A stretch of DNA of 64,000 nt from NCBI GenBank assembly GCA_013416795.1, contig RQSC01000007.1:178490-242489 (forward strand), read 5' to 3'. The notes under the pieces are model-generated. The model did no database searches, was not told the DNA's origin, and was given only the letters and a program-made list of their open reading frames with translations. This document shows positions 21,107-32,518 of the stretch, piece by piece (positions within the stretch are counted from its first letter, which is position 1; the number at the start of each line of letters is the position of its first letter). Source of the stretch: Prasinococcaceae sp. CCMP 1430 (lineage: Eukaryota > Plantae > Prasinodermophyta). The position numbers and the translations under genes are program-made.

Positions 21107-23485
21107 TCAACTCGCGCGCGCCTTCATGAGCTTCTCTCGCGCTGCGTAGAATCGCATGATGTCCGCGTCAGCCTCGGCGTTGCCTGTGAGCATGGGCCCC
21201 GCTGATTTGATCGCCTCCTCGCTTGGCTCTGCCCACGCCTGCTTGGGTCGGGACGACTTGTCCACATGCGTGGTAGCGGAGGCAGCGTACGCGAACTGCG
21301 GCTCTGCGGGAGCGCGCGCAGTGGCGGTGCTCCTCGCGCTGGCAGGCCTCGATGCGCCGTCACTGCCGCCGCCAGCTCCCGCCGCCTGTCTGCTCATCGC
21401 CCTCATCCACGCCTCAAAGTCTGTCTGCATCTTGAGTCGGCTCTGCTCGAGCAGCTTGTGAAGGTGGTCGATCTCCGACTTGAGCTCGCGCAGCCTATGA
21501 TATTTCTGTTTGTATTGGACTTTTTCGCGCTCAATCTCCTCGCGCGCACTCTGCTCTTGCGGGGAGACTTCCAAGGACGCCCCCTCGCCCTGCGCGACCC
21601 CGCGCGCTGCTTGCTGCTTGCGTATGGCCTCAATTTGGCTCTTGGCGGCGTTGATCTTGGTGCGCGAGCCGTTTACCGCCTCGCCGAGCGACTTGGCCTC
21701 GGCGTACTTTGTGCGCAGCACGGCCTTGTTCTCGTCGATGGCCTGGTTCCTGCGATATGACTTGCGAAACACCTCGAACGCCTTGGTGCGGTCGGCGAGC
21801 AGATCGACGCTGCTCAGCGAGCTACCGTCGCCGTTGTCAGGTGCACCAGCGCTTGCGTCAGCCGCGGCGGAGCTCGCCCCAGGCCCGCTAGCTCCGTCTA
21901 GCGCCGAGCCGTCTTCCGGAGGTGCAGGCGCCGCGACGGTGGGCGCAACGAGCGCACGGGGGGGCTGTGGCGCACCCCCGGTGCCGACCGCAGCGCCCGG
22001 CCGCCCTTCCTCGAGTTTCTTCAGCATTGACACCAATATGTTGATCTCGTTGTCGCGCTGCTGCACCTGCAGCTTGAGCTTCTTCACAACATCACGCGCC
22101 GCGCCCTCCGTCAGCCCCAAGTCTGCGCTGCCGGTACTTGAGCCGCCGGTGCCACCGTTAGCGATGGCCATGTCGCCCTCCTTATTACGACACATGTCCT
22201 TGAAGAGGTCAAAGGCTGCCCGGATCATGATCATGTTGCCACCCAGCGGCAGGTTGGCAACGTCACCTCGCACCCATTGCACGATGGAACCGCGGAGGCG
22301 CTCCTTCTCATCCGGGGTGAGGGGCCCGCGCTCCTCCTCGCCACCCTTGAGCAGCTTGACTTCCTCCTTCAAGTCCCTAATCTCGGTCTTGAGTCTCTGT
22401 ATCACCAGTGTGGGGTCGAGCTCCTCGTTGACCATGACCTCGTTGGAGATGCACGCCACGCGCGTGGCAAAGCGGCAGGTGCTGATGGACTCGTCGATGT
22501 TGCCTTCCCGTGCGCTCACGGTTGCAACCATGGCTGTGCGGCAGTTGCCGCCCAGGGAGTCGCGCAGCACGCTCGTCATCATCGAGTTGCGGTACGGAAT
22601 GTGCGCGCGCGTCTTGCCCTGGGAACGCTCCTGCAGCGCAACGATGACCGCCTGCAGATGGTGGAGGCTCATGTTGATATGCTTGGCCTCAGAGAGTGTC
22701 TGCCCTTCGACGCCCGTCCGGCTGACCCTCTCCGAGCCCGCGAGGTCGACGAGGTGCAGCTTGGACCTCCTCACCGTCGCTTCGCCCGCCTTGCGCGCCT
22801 CGATGCTCACCGTGAAGATGCAGTGGGAGCGCGACGAGGCCATATTCATGGGCGTCTCGGAAATCATGCGATTGGTGTCGCCCATGAAGAGGAGGTTGAG
22901 GGCGTCCTCCTCGGTGGACGCGCGGTGGGCGCTGAGGTTGCGCAGGTGGAAGCGGCCGTCCTCGTCCTCCATCAGCGACACGCGGGGGAGGTCCTCCATG
23001 GAGGAGGTGTCCTGGGCCGAGTCGAGCAGGTCATAGCCCTGATTTTGGTATATCTCGAGGTACGAGATGTGTATGGTGTACGTGGTGTCGCTCCTCTGCG
23101 CGAGCTCGGAGAAGATGAAGCTGATGGTGCGCGGTATGAGGCCTCTGTCGGTGTACCTCTCTGGCCCGCCCGTGATGGTGAATGTCTTGCCCGAGCCGGT
23201 CTGACCGTATGCAAAGACGCAGCCATTGATGCCGTCGAGCGCGCTCTCGATGACCTTGCGCGCGACGCGCTCGAAGACCTCCTCCTGCTTGGCCTGCATG
23301 CCCACGATGCCCGCGAACTTGAATTTGTAGTTCTCGCGCGCGTTGTTCACGTAGCCAGAAAGCTGCGAGCGCGGAATGTTGAACTCAGCAGCGTTGTCGA
23401 TCTCATCAATGCTGAGCTTGTCGGTCGGCTTCCCCGTCGGGCGCACGCGCAGGTAGATCTGGATGCCCTCCTTGCCTTGCGCCAT
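21107..23485 (-). CDS. KIF6: kinesin-9 family motor, KIF6-like
   Basis: IQIYLRVRP, FAYGQTGSGKTFT, SYLEIY, MNMASSRSHCIF, LHLVDLAGSER, HIPYRNSMMTSVLRDSLGGNC, NEELDPTLVIQRLK, and coiled-coil tail QARDNEI-like/DFEAW/FYAAR typical of KIF6. Confidence 0.9.
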   Translation of the reverse strand: MAQGKEGIQIYLRVRPTGKPTDKLSIDEIDNAAEFNIPRSQLSGYVNNARENYKFKFAGIVGMQAKQEEVFERVARKVIESALDGINGCVFAYGQTGSGKTFTITGGPERYTDRGLIPRTISFIFSELAQRSDTTYTIHISYLEIYQNQGYDLLDSAQDTSSMEDLPRVSLMEDEDGRFHLRNLSAHRASTEEDALNLLFMGDTNRMISETPMNMASSRSHCIFTVSIEARKAGEATVRRSKLHLVDLAGSERVSRTGVEGQTLSEAKHINMSLHHLQAVIVALQERSQGKTRAHIPYRNSMMTSVLRDSLGGNCRTAMVATVSAREGNIDESISTCRFATRVACISNEVMVNEELDPTLVIQRLKTEIRDLKEEVKLLKGGEEERGPLTPDEKERLRGSIVQWVRGDVANLPLGGNMIMIRAAFDLFKDMCRNKEGDMAIANGGTGGSSTGSADLGLTEGAARDVVKKLKLQVQQRDNEINILVSMLKKLEEGRPGAAVGTGGAPQPPRALVAPTVAAPAPPEDGSALDGASGPGASSAAADASAGAPDNGDGSSLSSVDLLADRTKAFEVFRKSYRRNQAIDENKAVLRTKYAEAKSLGEAVNGSRTKINAAKSQIEAIRKQQAARGVAQGEGASLEVSPQEQSAREEIEREKVQYKQKYHRLRELKSEIDHLHKLLEQSRLKMQTDFEAWMRAMSRQAAGAGGGSDGASRPASARSTATARAPAEPQFAYAASATTHVDKSSRPKQAWAEPSEEAIKSAGPMLTGNAEADADIMRFYAAREKLMKARAS

Positions 23486-25141
23486 GGCGCGCGGCGCGCG
23501 CGTGCACCGCGCTCGTCCCGGTCCCGCGCGCGGCGGGCGCGGGCTCGCCGCATTCGCCAACGGGTGCCAACAGTCTCTCGAGCGGAGCTGCCTCGTCGAT
23601 TCGCCGGCCGCGAGCGCTTTTTCGTCCCGGGCGCGATATGTGCGAACGCACGCGCCGCGCGAGGCGTCGGAAACTCTTTCGGAGGGTGGCGCCCCGCGCG
23701 TTGTGTTATCGCGGCGGGAGACGTTCGCGCGCGCGTTCCGCGGTTTGCGATGCGCGCGCGGGTGCGGAGGGATTCGATGGAAAAGCGCGCGTTTCTGGCC
23801 GGGAAAGCGTCGTTCCGTCTGATTTTCTCATGCGCATGCAGTATTATTATGCGCATTCGATGCGGTGTGTGATACGGTCGAGAGGAAGGGGAAAAAAAAA
23901 AACGGCGGGCGGCGCCCGCGTCTTCCCAGCCAGCCCGCCTCCCACCCGTCGCACCGCAGCCTCTTGCCGACCCCCTCGTGCCCACGCGCGACACGCACCG
24001 TGCGCGCTGTGCGCCCAGCCTCTCCCCTCCTCCTCCCCGCAACACACTCACACACACGTTGCACACGTGTTTTTCCCCCCCTGCTGCGCGCGCGGAAAAT
24101 GGCAGCAGCCGGCGAGCGGCTCCCTGCCGGGCGGCCGCCGCCGCGCGCCCCCGCCTCCTGCCGTTGCACGCGCAGGGAAGGCGAGGACCTCGATCCAGAT
24201 GCTCGAGTCGTTCCCTGTTCCAACACCCCTCTCCGCACCCACGCGCGCTCGCTCCTGCGGCGCGCACGCGGCGCGCGCCACACGCACGCCGTGTGCTGCC
24301 GCGTCGCGCGTCGTGGCGCGGAGCCGCCGCCGCTGCGCCTATTCCCCCCCCGCCACACAGGGACACCACTTTTTTCTTCTCTTTTTGGGGTGCGCCACAC
24401 GTGCTATTTGATGTGGGCTGGAGGGAGCCGCGTCGGGGCACCGCCCGTTGCACTCGCACGCAATGGCATCGGTTTTGAAATCAGTCTCGAGGTCGTCCGC
24501 GATGGTTTTTGACCTCGAGCCGTTCCCCGAGCGCGCCGCGCGCGCCGCATCCGGCCGGGAGGTGCGCGGGCGGACGTTTCAAACGCCCCATCGGAGGGGG
24601 GCGTTCGACAACAACGACCCCCCCTCCGAAGTGATTGGGGGCCCCGCTATCGAGGGTCTACAAAACCCGAATGCCGGTATGCCGGCCCGGCAGGCGCGGG
24701 CGCCGCGCCGCCTCGTGGGGGCGGGGCAGGGCGGAGCGGAGCGGAGGAGGGTGCACAGGCGGTCGACAGGCGGAACTGTCGCCGGTGGGATGGTCGCACG
24801 CGCAGTGAGGCGGCCGTGCTGATGCGCCACTCGCGCAAGCGTGCGCGCACGAGGCGCGCCGCTGAGCCGCAGGGCGCTTGTTTCGTCGGGCTCGCGACCG
24901 TCCGCTGGGCGCGGGGCGAGCGGGCCCTGCATCCGCTAACGCAAGGAGCGGTAGCGGGTGCGTGGGGTGACGGAGGCGCCCGCACATCGCAGCTGCGCCT
25001 CGGCGATCCGGGGCGAGCGCCCGTAGGGCGCACTGCACACGCAAGGCAGTGCGCAAGCCAAGAGCAGACGCACGACGACACCTCACGCGCACGCGCGCGT
25101 GCTCCTGGCTGGGCGTGGGCGTACGCACCTCCGTCGCCGCA

Positions 25142-28090
25142 ATGGAGCTCGACCTCAGGCGACATGACCTGATGCAGATGAGCAGCATGGGGCGCCATTG
25201 CATGCGCATCGCGCCACCAGGCAAGAAGGCTACGCAGAAGATCGCCGCCGGGGACTCGACAGGCGTCGTGCACGTCTTCAGCATGAAGAAGTGGCAAGTC
25301 ACCTCCACCTTCAGAGGCGTCCCCAACGGCACGCCGGTGTCTTGCCTCGCCTTTGGCCGCGGGAAGCAGGGTGAAGTCACCGACAAAATTTTCTACTCAC
25401 AGGTGCGTTGCGCAGGCGGTCGCCCCGATGGCCAGCCCGCTCTCCCTCCTGTGCCTGCGCGTGCCCCTCTCCTTGCGAGGGCTGCGGGATGCTGACGATG
25501 CGCCCGCTCCGCCCGTCTGCGCCCGCGCATGCACCACCCTCGCAGGGCACCTTGCTGCGCGGCGTGACCAAAAAGGAAAGGCCTTTTTCCGCTTCGAAAC
25601 CGGCTTGACCGAGCCCGTGACGCGATTCGCCGTGCACGCGCTCGACATTGACGCCTTGGCTTCGCACACATTAGCGCACTACAAAGAATGCAAAGACGGG
25701 TGGTCGTACACGTGCGAGGTGCGACAGCGAATGTGCGAATTCGTGCACCGCAATCGACTGCCCCTGGGACTGACGTGCACATGCAAACGGGCACGCCCCC
25801 GTGCCACGACCCCCAACCCTCCGGCCCGCGCGGTCGCCCGCACTCTCGTTCGCAGGATCGCGTCGAGGATTTCCACTCGTTCTCGCTGGGCAGCGGCGAT
25901 GCCACCACGCACCTAACGGCACTCGCGTGCGCCGACAAGACCGTGCGCGTGTTGCGCCGCGATGACGAAGCGCAGCGTGACGCCGGGCGTGCGGAGAGCA
26001 TCAGCGTGGGCATGCCTGTGAGTGCCATACAGTCGTACGTCGCCGACGCCCAGGCTGTGCGGGAGAAAGGGCACGCCGCGGATGGCGGTGGTGCGGCAGC
26101 GGGTGACAACGACGGGGGCACGTTATCCTCCGAAGCGGCGAGCGCCGCTATTGATGTCTTCTTGACAACCTCCGCAGCGAGCCGTCAGCTGCTCTACGGC
26201 ACCGAAGGTGGGACCATCGGGCAGCTGATGGTCGGCTCTCGCACGACCGAGCGTGGTTGGACACTCCCGAGTGCGGCCGGCGTGCCCATCGACATGTGCA
26301 CAGGCTACGACCTCACAGCAGATGGTGTGCCAGACATCGTAGTCGGTAGGGACAACGGCGCGGTTGAGGTGTATGGGTTCGAGCTGGGCGCGGAACCTAC
26401 ACTCATGCTACAGAAGAGCGTCGGTGAGGGCGTCACCGCGGTTGATGCGGGGACGTGCACGGCGTCATCGTCCATGGACGCCGTGATCTCCACCTATTCT
26501 GGAAAGATCGTCGCCTTCGCGCCCGTCGGCGCGGCCGACGACTCCGCCGCTGACTTTGAAGACACCGTTGCCAACACACACAACGCAGCACGCCGCCTGA
26601 GCCTTTTCCGCAAATCCTCGCGGTTGGCAGACGGCGCGAGTGGCGGTGGCGCCGACGGTGGCAGTGCTCCCGAGGCCGACGCTGCGAGCACCTCCGTCGC
26701 TGCGTCGCGCAGGGCGTTTGTGGGCGGCGGCGGCAAAGGCATGAATGGCAGCAGCAAACGCGTGGCCGCAGGCGACGCGACCGTCTCAGTTGGCGAAGGC
26801 GCATCTGCGAGTGCGCGTATGCAATCGCTCGCGTTGAAAAGCGAGATAGCGACGCTCAAGAAGCGCGTGGCTGACAAGGAGGCCGTCTATGCCCAGCGTG
26901 GCGGCAAGGCCTTGGTGGGCCTAGGCGTGGGGCAGTTTCAAGTGAATGACCGCATGACAATGAACGACGACGCCACCTGCACGCTGGTAATCGAGACACC
27001 CATGCCCATGGCCGCAGTAGCGCTTAAGGCCGATGTTGACGTCACGCTCGTCGAAGACAAGACTCAGCAGGTGAGAGCTGCGCGAGCGAGCGGCGTGGCC
27101 GTTCTTTGCATCCATGCTCCGCTGCTGACAGTTGCGCACGTGTACGTGCGCGCGCAGGCAATCGTGTCGTGCACTCCGTGCGATGCTGGGAGCCCGAATC
27201 ACTTGCTGGCGACCTTTCGCATGCAGGATGCGCAAAGCCGCCTGCACTTGCGCCTACGCGTTGCCGAGGGAAAGGGCGGCACAATCTCTGCGCACGTCAT
27301 CCCCCGTAGGCCACCCATGAACGGTGACATCTGCGTGTACAAGATCAAGCCACTCTGCCTGCACAGGCGTGCGCAGCACCTCGAGGCGGGGTTTGGTGAC
27401 GCTGGTGAGAGCGGTGGTGGCGATGGCGACACCCCCCCCCTCCTATCGAGCGCGCCGCTCAACACCATGGTCGTGACAGGCAGCTTCAGCATGGCGCGGG
27501 TGCACGCATGGGTGACGGAGGTGGTTCCCGAGGTGCCCGAGCGTGTCCCGGCGACTGAGACCGAGAAGGAGCTGGTGTTCGTGCACGGGATGCTGGGTAC
27601 GCACCTGGTGGTTCGCTACGGCGCGGGGCGCGCGAGCTTTGCAAGTGAGAGCGCGAGTGCTATTGCGCTCGCACGCGAGTGTGTGACAAGCGCCGCCACG
27701 CGCGCCGGCGAGCTGGTTGACATCAGATTCAAGCTTGATCCTGCGTCGATCGGCGCATGCCTCGAGCTCGTCGAGCCGCGCCTCGCCCAGCAGGCGGCGC
27801 TCGCCACCCGGGTCAATATGCTCGAGGCGTTGCGTGAGCTCACGCTAGGCGAGGACAGCATCGCATATCTCGACGCGGACCACAAAGACTCGCTCGCCGC
27901 CGCTGAAGAGCTGCAGGCGCACCATGCGAATGCAGGCCACGTACTGCGCTTCCTCAAGGACATCGTGCGCCGCCTCAACGCAGACTGGAACGTGCTGCGA
28001 GGCACCAACCCGAAACACCGCGCTTCCGAGGTGGACCGCGCGCTCGAGAGACTCGACTTTGGCGAGCTCAGGGCAGCCATGCTCCGGTAG
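25142..28090 (+). CDS. BBS7: BBSome subunit BBS7 (apparent 1-bp frameshift at ~25570)
   Basis: Exons 25142-25402, 25546-25718, 25856-27070 and 27158-28090. Motifs ATQKIAAGDSTGVV, GKAFFRFETGLTE, GYDLTADGVPDIVVGRDNGAVEVY, YKIKPLCLH, SFSMARVHAWV. In exon 2 the frame shifts within an A5 run. Confidence 0.92.
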
Positions 28091-28356
28091 ACAAACGCGC
28101 ACGCGCACAGGTTGTGATCTTTGCCGTCCTTGGCACGCGCGCGTGCTTGCACACATAAGTGCCCGACCTGCGAGAATGAGGCCATGAGTGTGGCTCGCCG
28201 CGAGCGCCGGAGTAAAACTCGATGCATGCGTGGGAAGACGTGCGAGCGTCTGGCTTGACGGACAGCACGCAGGTGATGACGAAGGCAACGGCGCGAGCAG
28301 AGCGTCCATTCTATCGTACTGTACATTACAACAGCTTTCTGTGCCGCTCACACGTC

Positions 28357-29894
28357 TCACGTCTGACCCGCGCCTGCGCTACCCGTCGGGCCCGGGCTCG
28401 GGCTGTCACTCTCTGCATCTGCTAGTGCCTTCTGCGCCGCCCGTCTCTGTTCCATCTGTTTCATCACTTGCTTGTAGTGCTCGTCCGCAACGTGCGTGTG
28501 CTCCAACGAAACAGCCACGATGCCCTGAGTGTGCCGCGCGGCCAATACACAGTGACGAACGAACGGCAGCCGCGCGTGTCAGCGCATATAGCTTGGTCAC
28601 GCGCACGCGAGGGCGCACGCGTGCAGGTACATTGGCGGTCAAGCAGCTTTAAGCCCCTAGGACGGACCTTGTTCGTATCAACCATCTCAACTATGGCCAT
28701 GCCCCCCTTTCGCCCGAGGTTGTTTTGGTCGAGTTCAATGTACGCCAGGCCTTCGTTCTTCTTGATGGCCTCGGCGAGCGCAAAGACACTCTCCGAAATG
28801 CCGTTGCAGCTAATGACGAGCTCAGCGAGAGTCGCATTCACGCTCATCGCGTCGGCGACGGCCACACCGCCGCGATCACCGATGCCGTTCCAACCCAGGT
28901 CTAGGGTTGCTAGCTGAGAGTGCGCGAGCGCGTATGAGATACACGTCAGCCACGCAAGTCCCGGATGCACGCCCGATTTGCACGCGTCCTCACGCATGCG
29001 TGAGCGCGCATGCAACGCGCGTATCGATGCACGCGAGCGTGCGCTCACCTTCGCATTTCGTTTGAGACCCTCCATGAGCGCCGCGGTTCCCTTAGCTCGC
29101 AGCGAGTTCCACCCAAGGTTGAGCTCGAGCAGTTCCGCGTTTGCCTCGAGCATGTCTCCGAGCACGGTGCCAGCTTTCTCGCCGAATGCATTGTAGCTCA
29201 GGTCAAGGTACGTGAGGCTTCGGTTGGTGGCAGCCGCGGCGGCGAGCACGGCTGCCTCGCTGTCACCGAGCTTGTTTCCGCGCAGATGTAGCGTCGAAAG
29301 CACGCAGCTCGAGGTGGGCTGCAACATGCGCTCCAGTGCGCGGCAGCCACCGATGGCCACGCGGTTCTCACTCAAGTCAAGCTCCTCGACCGTGCGGCTC
29401 TCGCACAGCGCTGCTGCAAGAGCTTCGACACCTTCGGCGCCAATCGCGTTGTCGCCCAGGCGCAACGTGCGAACGCAGCGGTTGAGCCGCAGCCCTTCGG
29501 CCAGGGCCGCAGCCCCGCGGTATCCCAGCCCATAGTGCGTTACCTGCACCTCGTCTTGCTCCAAGTACTTCAGGATCTGCGACACAGGCACGATGCGCAG
29601 CTCCTCGCAGCGCTGCAGGTAAGCGAGCTTGCCGTGCTCGTCGCAGTCCTCCTGCAGGTCCTCCTCGCTGAGGTAGGCGTTGCCCATGCCATCGTCGCTC
29701 TCGTCCCCATGTGACGCGGGGCTGTCGTCGACCTCCAGAAACGATTTTAAGAGCGCGCGCCCCTCGGGACCGCGCGTCGTCGCAGGAGCAACGCCGCTGC
29801 CCGCCTTCGATTCATCAGCGCCGTTGGCGCCAGCGCCTCGGGCCAAATCGTTCTCGTCGTCGCTCAGCGACGGGGACGCGCTAGCAGCGGGCAT
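28357..29894 (-). CDS. LRRC74: RNI-like leucine-rich repeat protein, LRRC74-like
   Basis: Exons 29894-29049, 28913-28668 and 28524-28357 (all phase 0). YLQRCEELRIVPVSQILKYL..THYGLGYRGAAALAEGL followed by LxxLxLxxNxIG repeats. Confidence 0.75.
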
Positions 29895-30463
29895 CGCGAC
29901 GGTGGACGCGCCCCGTGGCCCTTCGGCCTGTTGCCTGCCGCAACGGCAACTGGGGCCGCGCTCCTGTCAGCAACTGCGACCGCGGGCTCGTCGGCTCGCC
30001 CTCGCGCACGCCCCTGCGCGCTGCCCCGCGCCGCAGACGCGTATGTGGCGCCGCCGGTCCGACACCTCGCATCCCAGCTCTGCGCTTCCTCTTCTACCCT
30101 TCTCCTCTCCTCCCTCCCTCGCGTGAGCTCTTGTCACCTCGCGCTCCGGCCCGCTTCCGCCCCCCCCCCCTCCTCGGCCCGGCCGGCCGTCGGTTGCGCC
30201 TCGCGCGTTCCCCGACCGACGCCGTTTCCGGCGCCCCAATGTTTTCGAATCTTCGAAGATCTTCTGGGCGACAGGAGACCCCAAACATCGACCCTAAACA
30301 CGGCGCTTGCTTGTGCGAATGACGAGCAGCGCGCGGTGCGTGCGTGCGCACGGCGGCTGGTCCGAAGGCCAGCGGCAGCGGCGGCGGCACAGCGCGCGCG
30401 GGGCGCGCGCGCCAGCGGCGGCAGGGATCGAGAGGCGACGGTGTTGCGCGCGCAGGAGGTGCG

Positions 30464-32425
30464 ATGGAGACCTTGTCGAGCGGCATGGGGCGGCCGGATG
30501 CCGACCCGCTGCCCATCGACGTGCAGCACTCGGCCATCGCCAAGTGGATCGTCGACCGGCGAAAGATGCCGGCCGACTGGCGCAAGCGCCTCGCGGTGCT
30601 GCAGGCCAAGGCGGCAGACGCCGCCGAGCGCATGCCCGAGGGCGCTCGCACGCGTGCGGGAGTCGGGGCCAGGGGTTCAGACTCGGGCGCCGCCGCGACG
30701 TTCAACCTCGCGCGCGTCAAGCGCTGCCTCGAGGCGGTCGAGGCTGAGGAAGGGGGCGGCGCGGGCGGTGGCGTGCTGGGCGTGCTGGGGGTAGGCGGCC
30801 CTCGACGCGAGTGGGCCGCGCTCGTGCGCGCGTGGGAGAAGAACTGCCTGCACCTGGGCGAGGCAGCGACGGAGATCGTGGAGCTCGTCGACTACCAGGC
30901 TCCCTTCCACGAGAAAGAGCGTGACACGGCGCGCCAGGCGACCGCCGACGCCGACAGGCGCGAGGCAGAGATCGAGCGGCAGATGGCGGAGCACGAAGCA
31001 CAGCTCGCGCGCGTGTGCAGGGAGCACAACATCGCAGGCAAGAGGCCGCGTGAGGAGCTGCTCGCGGGGCTCGCGAACAAGCTCGGGCCAGCACTCGCAG
31101 CGGGCGCGGATGCCGCGCGCAGCGATGCCGTCGGCGCAGCCATCGATCTCTATGAGCAATGGGTAGAGTGGGCGCACCGCGGCGCCGACGAGGGCGCCTC
31201 CGCGGCGAATGCGGACACGCCTGTTGATGCCCCAGACGAGCTGCTGCCGGCACTGAGGGCTCTGCGTGCGGCAGAGACGCCACCAGACGGCAGGGAGCGC
31301 CCCGTAGACCTCACTCCTGACTACGTGCGAGCGCGCGGCAAAGCAGCGGGCGAAGCAGCCTCAGGGTGCGGCGGTGCAGGCGACGGCTCCCCACTCGCTG
31401 CTCTCGCTCCCGACGGTGCCATCGCACCAGCAGGTATCAACTGGGACGTGGACGTGAGTGAAAGTGGCGGTAATGGTGCCAGCGCGGGGGATGGCGCCCC
31501 CGTGGAGATCGACTGGGGGGTAGGTGACGTGACTCCCGCCGACGCCGACGCCCCGGAGGATGAGGGTGCGGCTGCTGTAGTCGACTGGGGGATATCGACG
31601 GATAGCGCCGGAGCTGGAGCGGATGGAGGCGGTGATGACGGCGGCACGGAAATCGACTGGGACATCACCGTCGACGCAAGTGCTGAGAGCACGGCGACAG
31701 GCGCGGCGGACGGCGCAGCGCCTCCCACGATCGACTGGGACATCGACGTGAGGGAGGGTGGCGTCGGTGCTGAAAGCTCGCACGGTGGCGCGGAGACAGG
31801 CGCGATGGATATGATGGCTGGCATGATGGCGGCACTCGATGTGGACGGTGGTTCCGAGGCCGGCAGCCGGGAAGCGCCAAGTGACCTCGTCGCACCAGTG
31901 TGGGAGCGGCTGCTGCACAAGGACGGACGCGCAGCGGTGGTCAATGACCTGCTCGAGCTGGGCGCTTTTCTAAAGGTGCGGCAGGCGGAGATGAATGCCG
32001 CAAGTACGTCGAGCATCATGGCGTCGTCTCTCCATAGCATGCCCGACGCGGTGCGCGATGCGACAGTGGGCTCGGTGGGCGCGCTGGCGGAAAAGGTCTG
32101 CGCGGCGACCGCAGCCCTCACTGCTGGCGACGTGCGCGACCTGCTGCTGCTGCACTCGTCGGAGCGCGCGCTGGGCCGTGTCGCGGATGCGATCGAGCGC
32201 AGACGTGCGCACGGAGCTCGCTTGCGCTCCACTCGCGAGGATGTTCGCGCGCGCCGGCAGCAGTCGCAGTCTTCAATGGCCGCGCACCACGCCAAGCTGT
32301 GCTCAATCGCCACGCGCGCCGCAGAGCTCAAGAGAAGCGTCGAGGCTGAGCTGTGTGCCATGTTCGCACCCACGCGGGTCAATGTGATCGGAAGCATCGC
32401 GTCAGTGGCAGCTTATGGGAGGTAA
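30464..32425 (+). CDS. CDK5RAP3: CDK5RAP3/C53 (UFMylation-linked ER-phagy receptor)
   Basis: LPIDVQHSAIAKWIVDRR N-terminus, HLGEAATEIVELVDYQAP, an acidic disordered middle with repeated [IV][DN]W[DG][IV] motifs, and AVVNDLLELGAFLKVR. Confidence 0.88.
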   Translation: METLSSGMGRPDADPLPIDVQHSAIAKWIVDRRKMPADWRKRLAVLQAKAADAAERMPEGARTRAGVGARGSDSGAAATFNLARVKRCLEAVEAEEGGGAGGGVLGVLGVGGPRREWAALVRAWEKNCLHLGEAATEIVELVDYQAPFHEKERDTARQATADADRREAEIERQMAEHEAQLARVCREHNIAGKRPREELLAGLANKLGPALAAGADAARSDAVGAAIDLYEQWVEWAHRGADEGASAANADTPVDAPDELLPALRALRAAETPPDGRERPVDLTPDYVRARGKAAGEAASGCGGAGDGSPLAALAPDGAIAPAGINWDVDVSESGGNGASAGDGAPVEIDWGVGDVTPADADAPEDEGAAAVVDWGISTDSAGAGADGGGDDGGTEIDWDITVDASAESTATGAADGAAPPTIDWDIDVREGGVGAESSHGGAETGAMDMMAGMMAALDVDGGSEAGSREAPSDLVAPVWERLLHKDGRAAVVNDLLELGAFLKVRQAEMNAASTSSIMASSLHSMPDAVRDATVGSVGALAEKVCAATAALTAGDVRDLLLLHSSERALGRVADAIERRRAHGARLRSTREDVRARRQQSQSSMAAHHAKLCSIATRAAELKRSVEAELCAMFAPTRVNVIGSIASVAAYGR

Positions 32426-32469
32426 ATGCATCGCCGTAGTGCCACTGCAATGTGAGCTGCGTGCCGTTC

Positions 32470-32474
32470 TTACA
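32470..32474 (-). terminator. TGTAA green-algal polyadenylation signal (example, PSMB2)
   Basis: ttaca on the plus strand ~45 nt past the PSMB2 stop. Similar TGTAA/TTACA motifs follow HYOU1 (~1122), OASTL (~15445), KIF6 (~21089), LRRC74 (~28327), the UBL gene (~49664), FBPase II (~51962) and the secreted protein (~61246). Confidence 0.65.
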
Positions 32475-32518
32475 AAGGTGTGCTCTGCCATCCGCCTCCG
32501 AGAGCGCTTCCTGCGCAC

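Noticed and set aside
23500-25100. Additional gene between KIF6 and BBS7
   Set aside because: Only short protein-like fragments (e.g. KTIADDLETDFKTDAI on the minus strand near 24500), with no coherent start or splice model.
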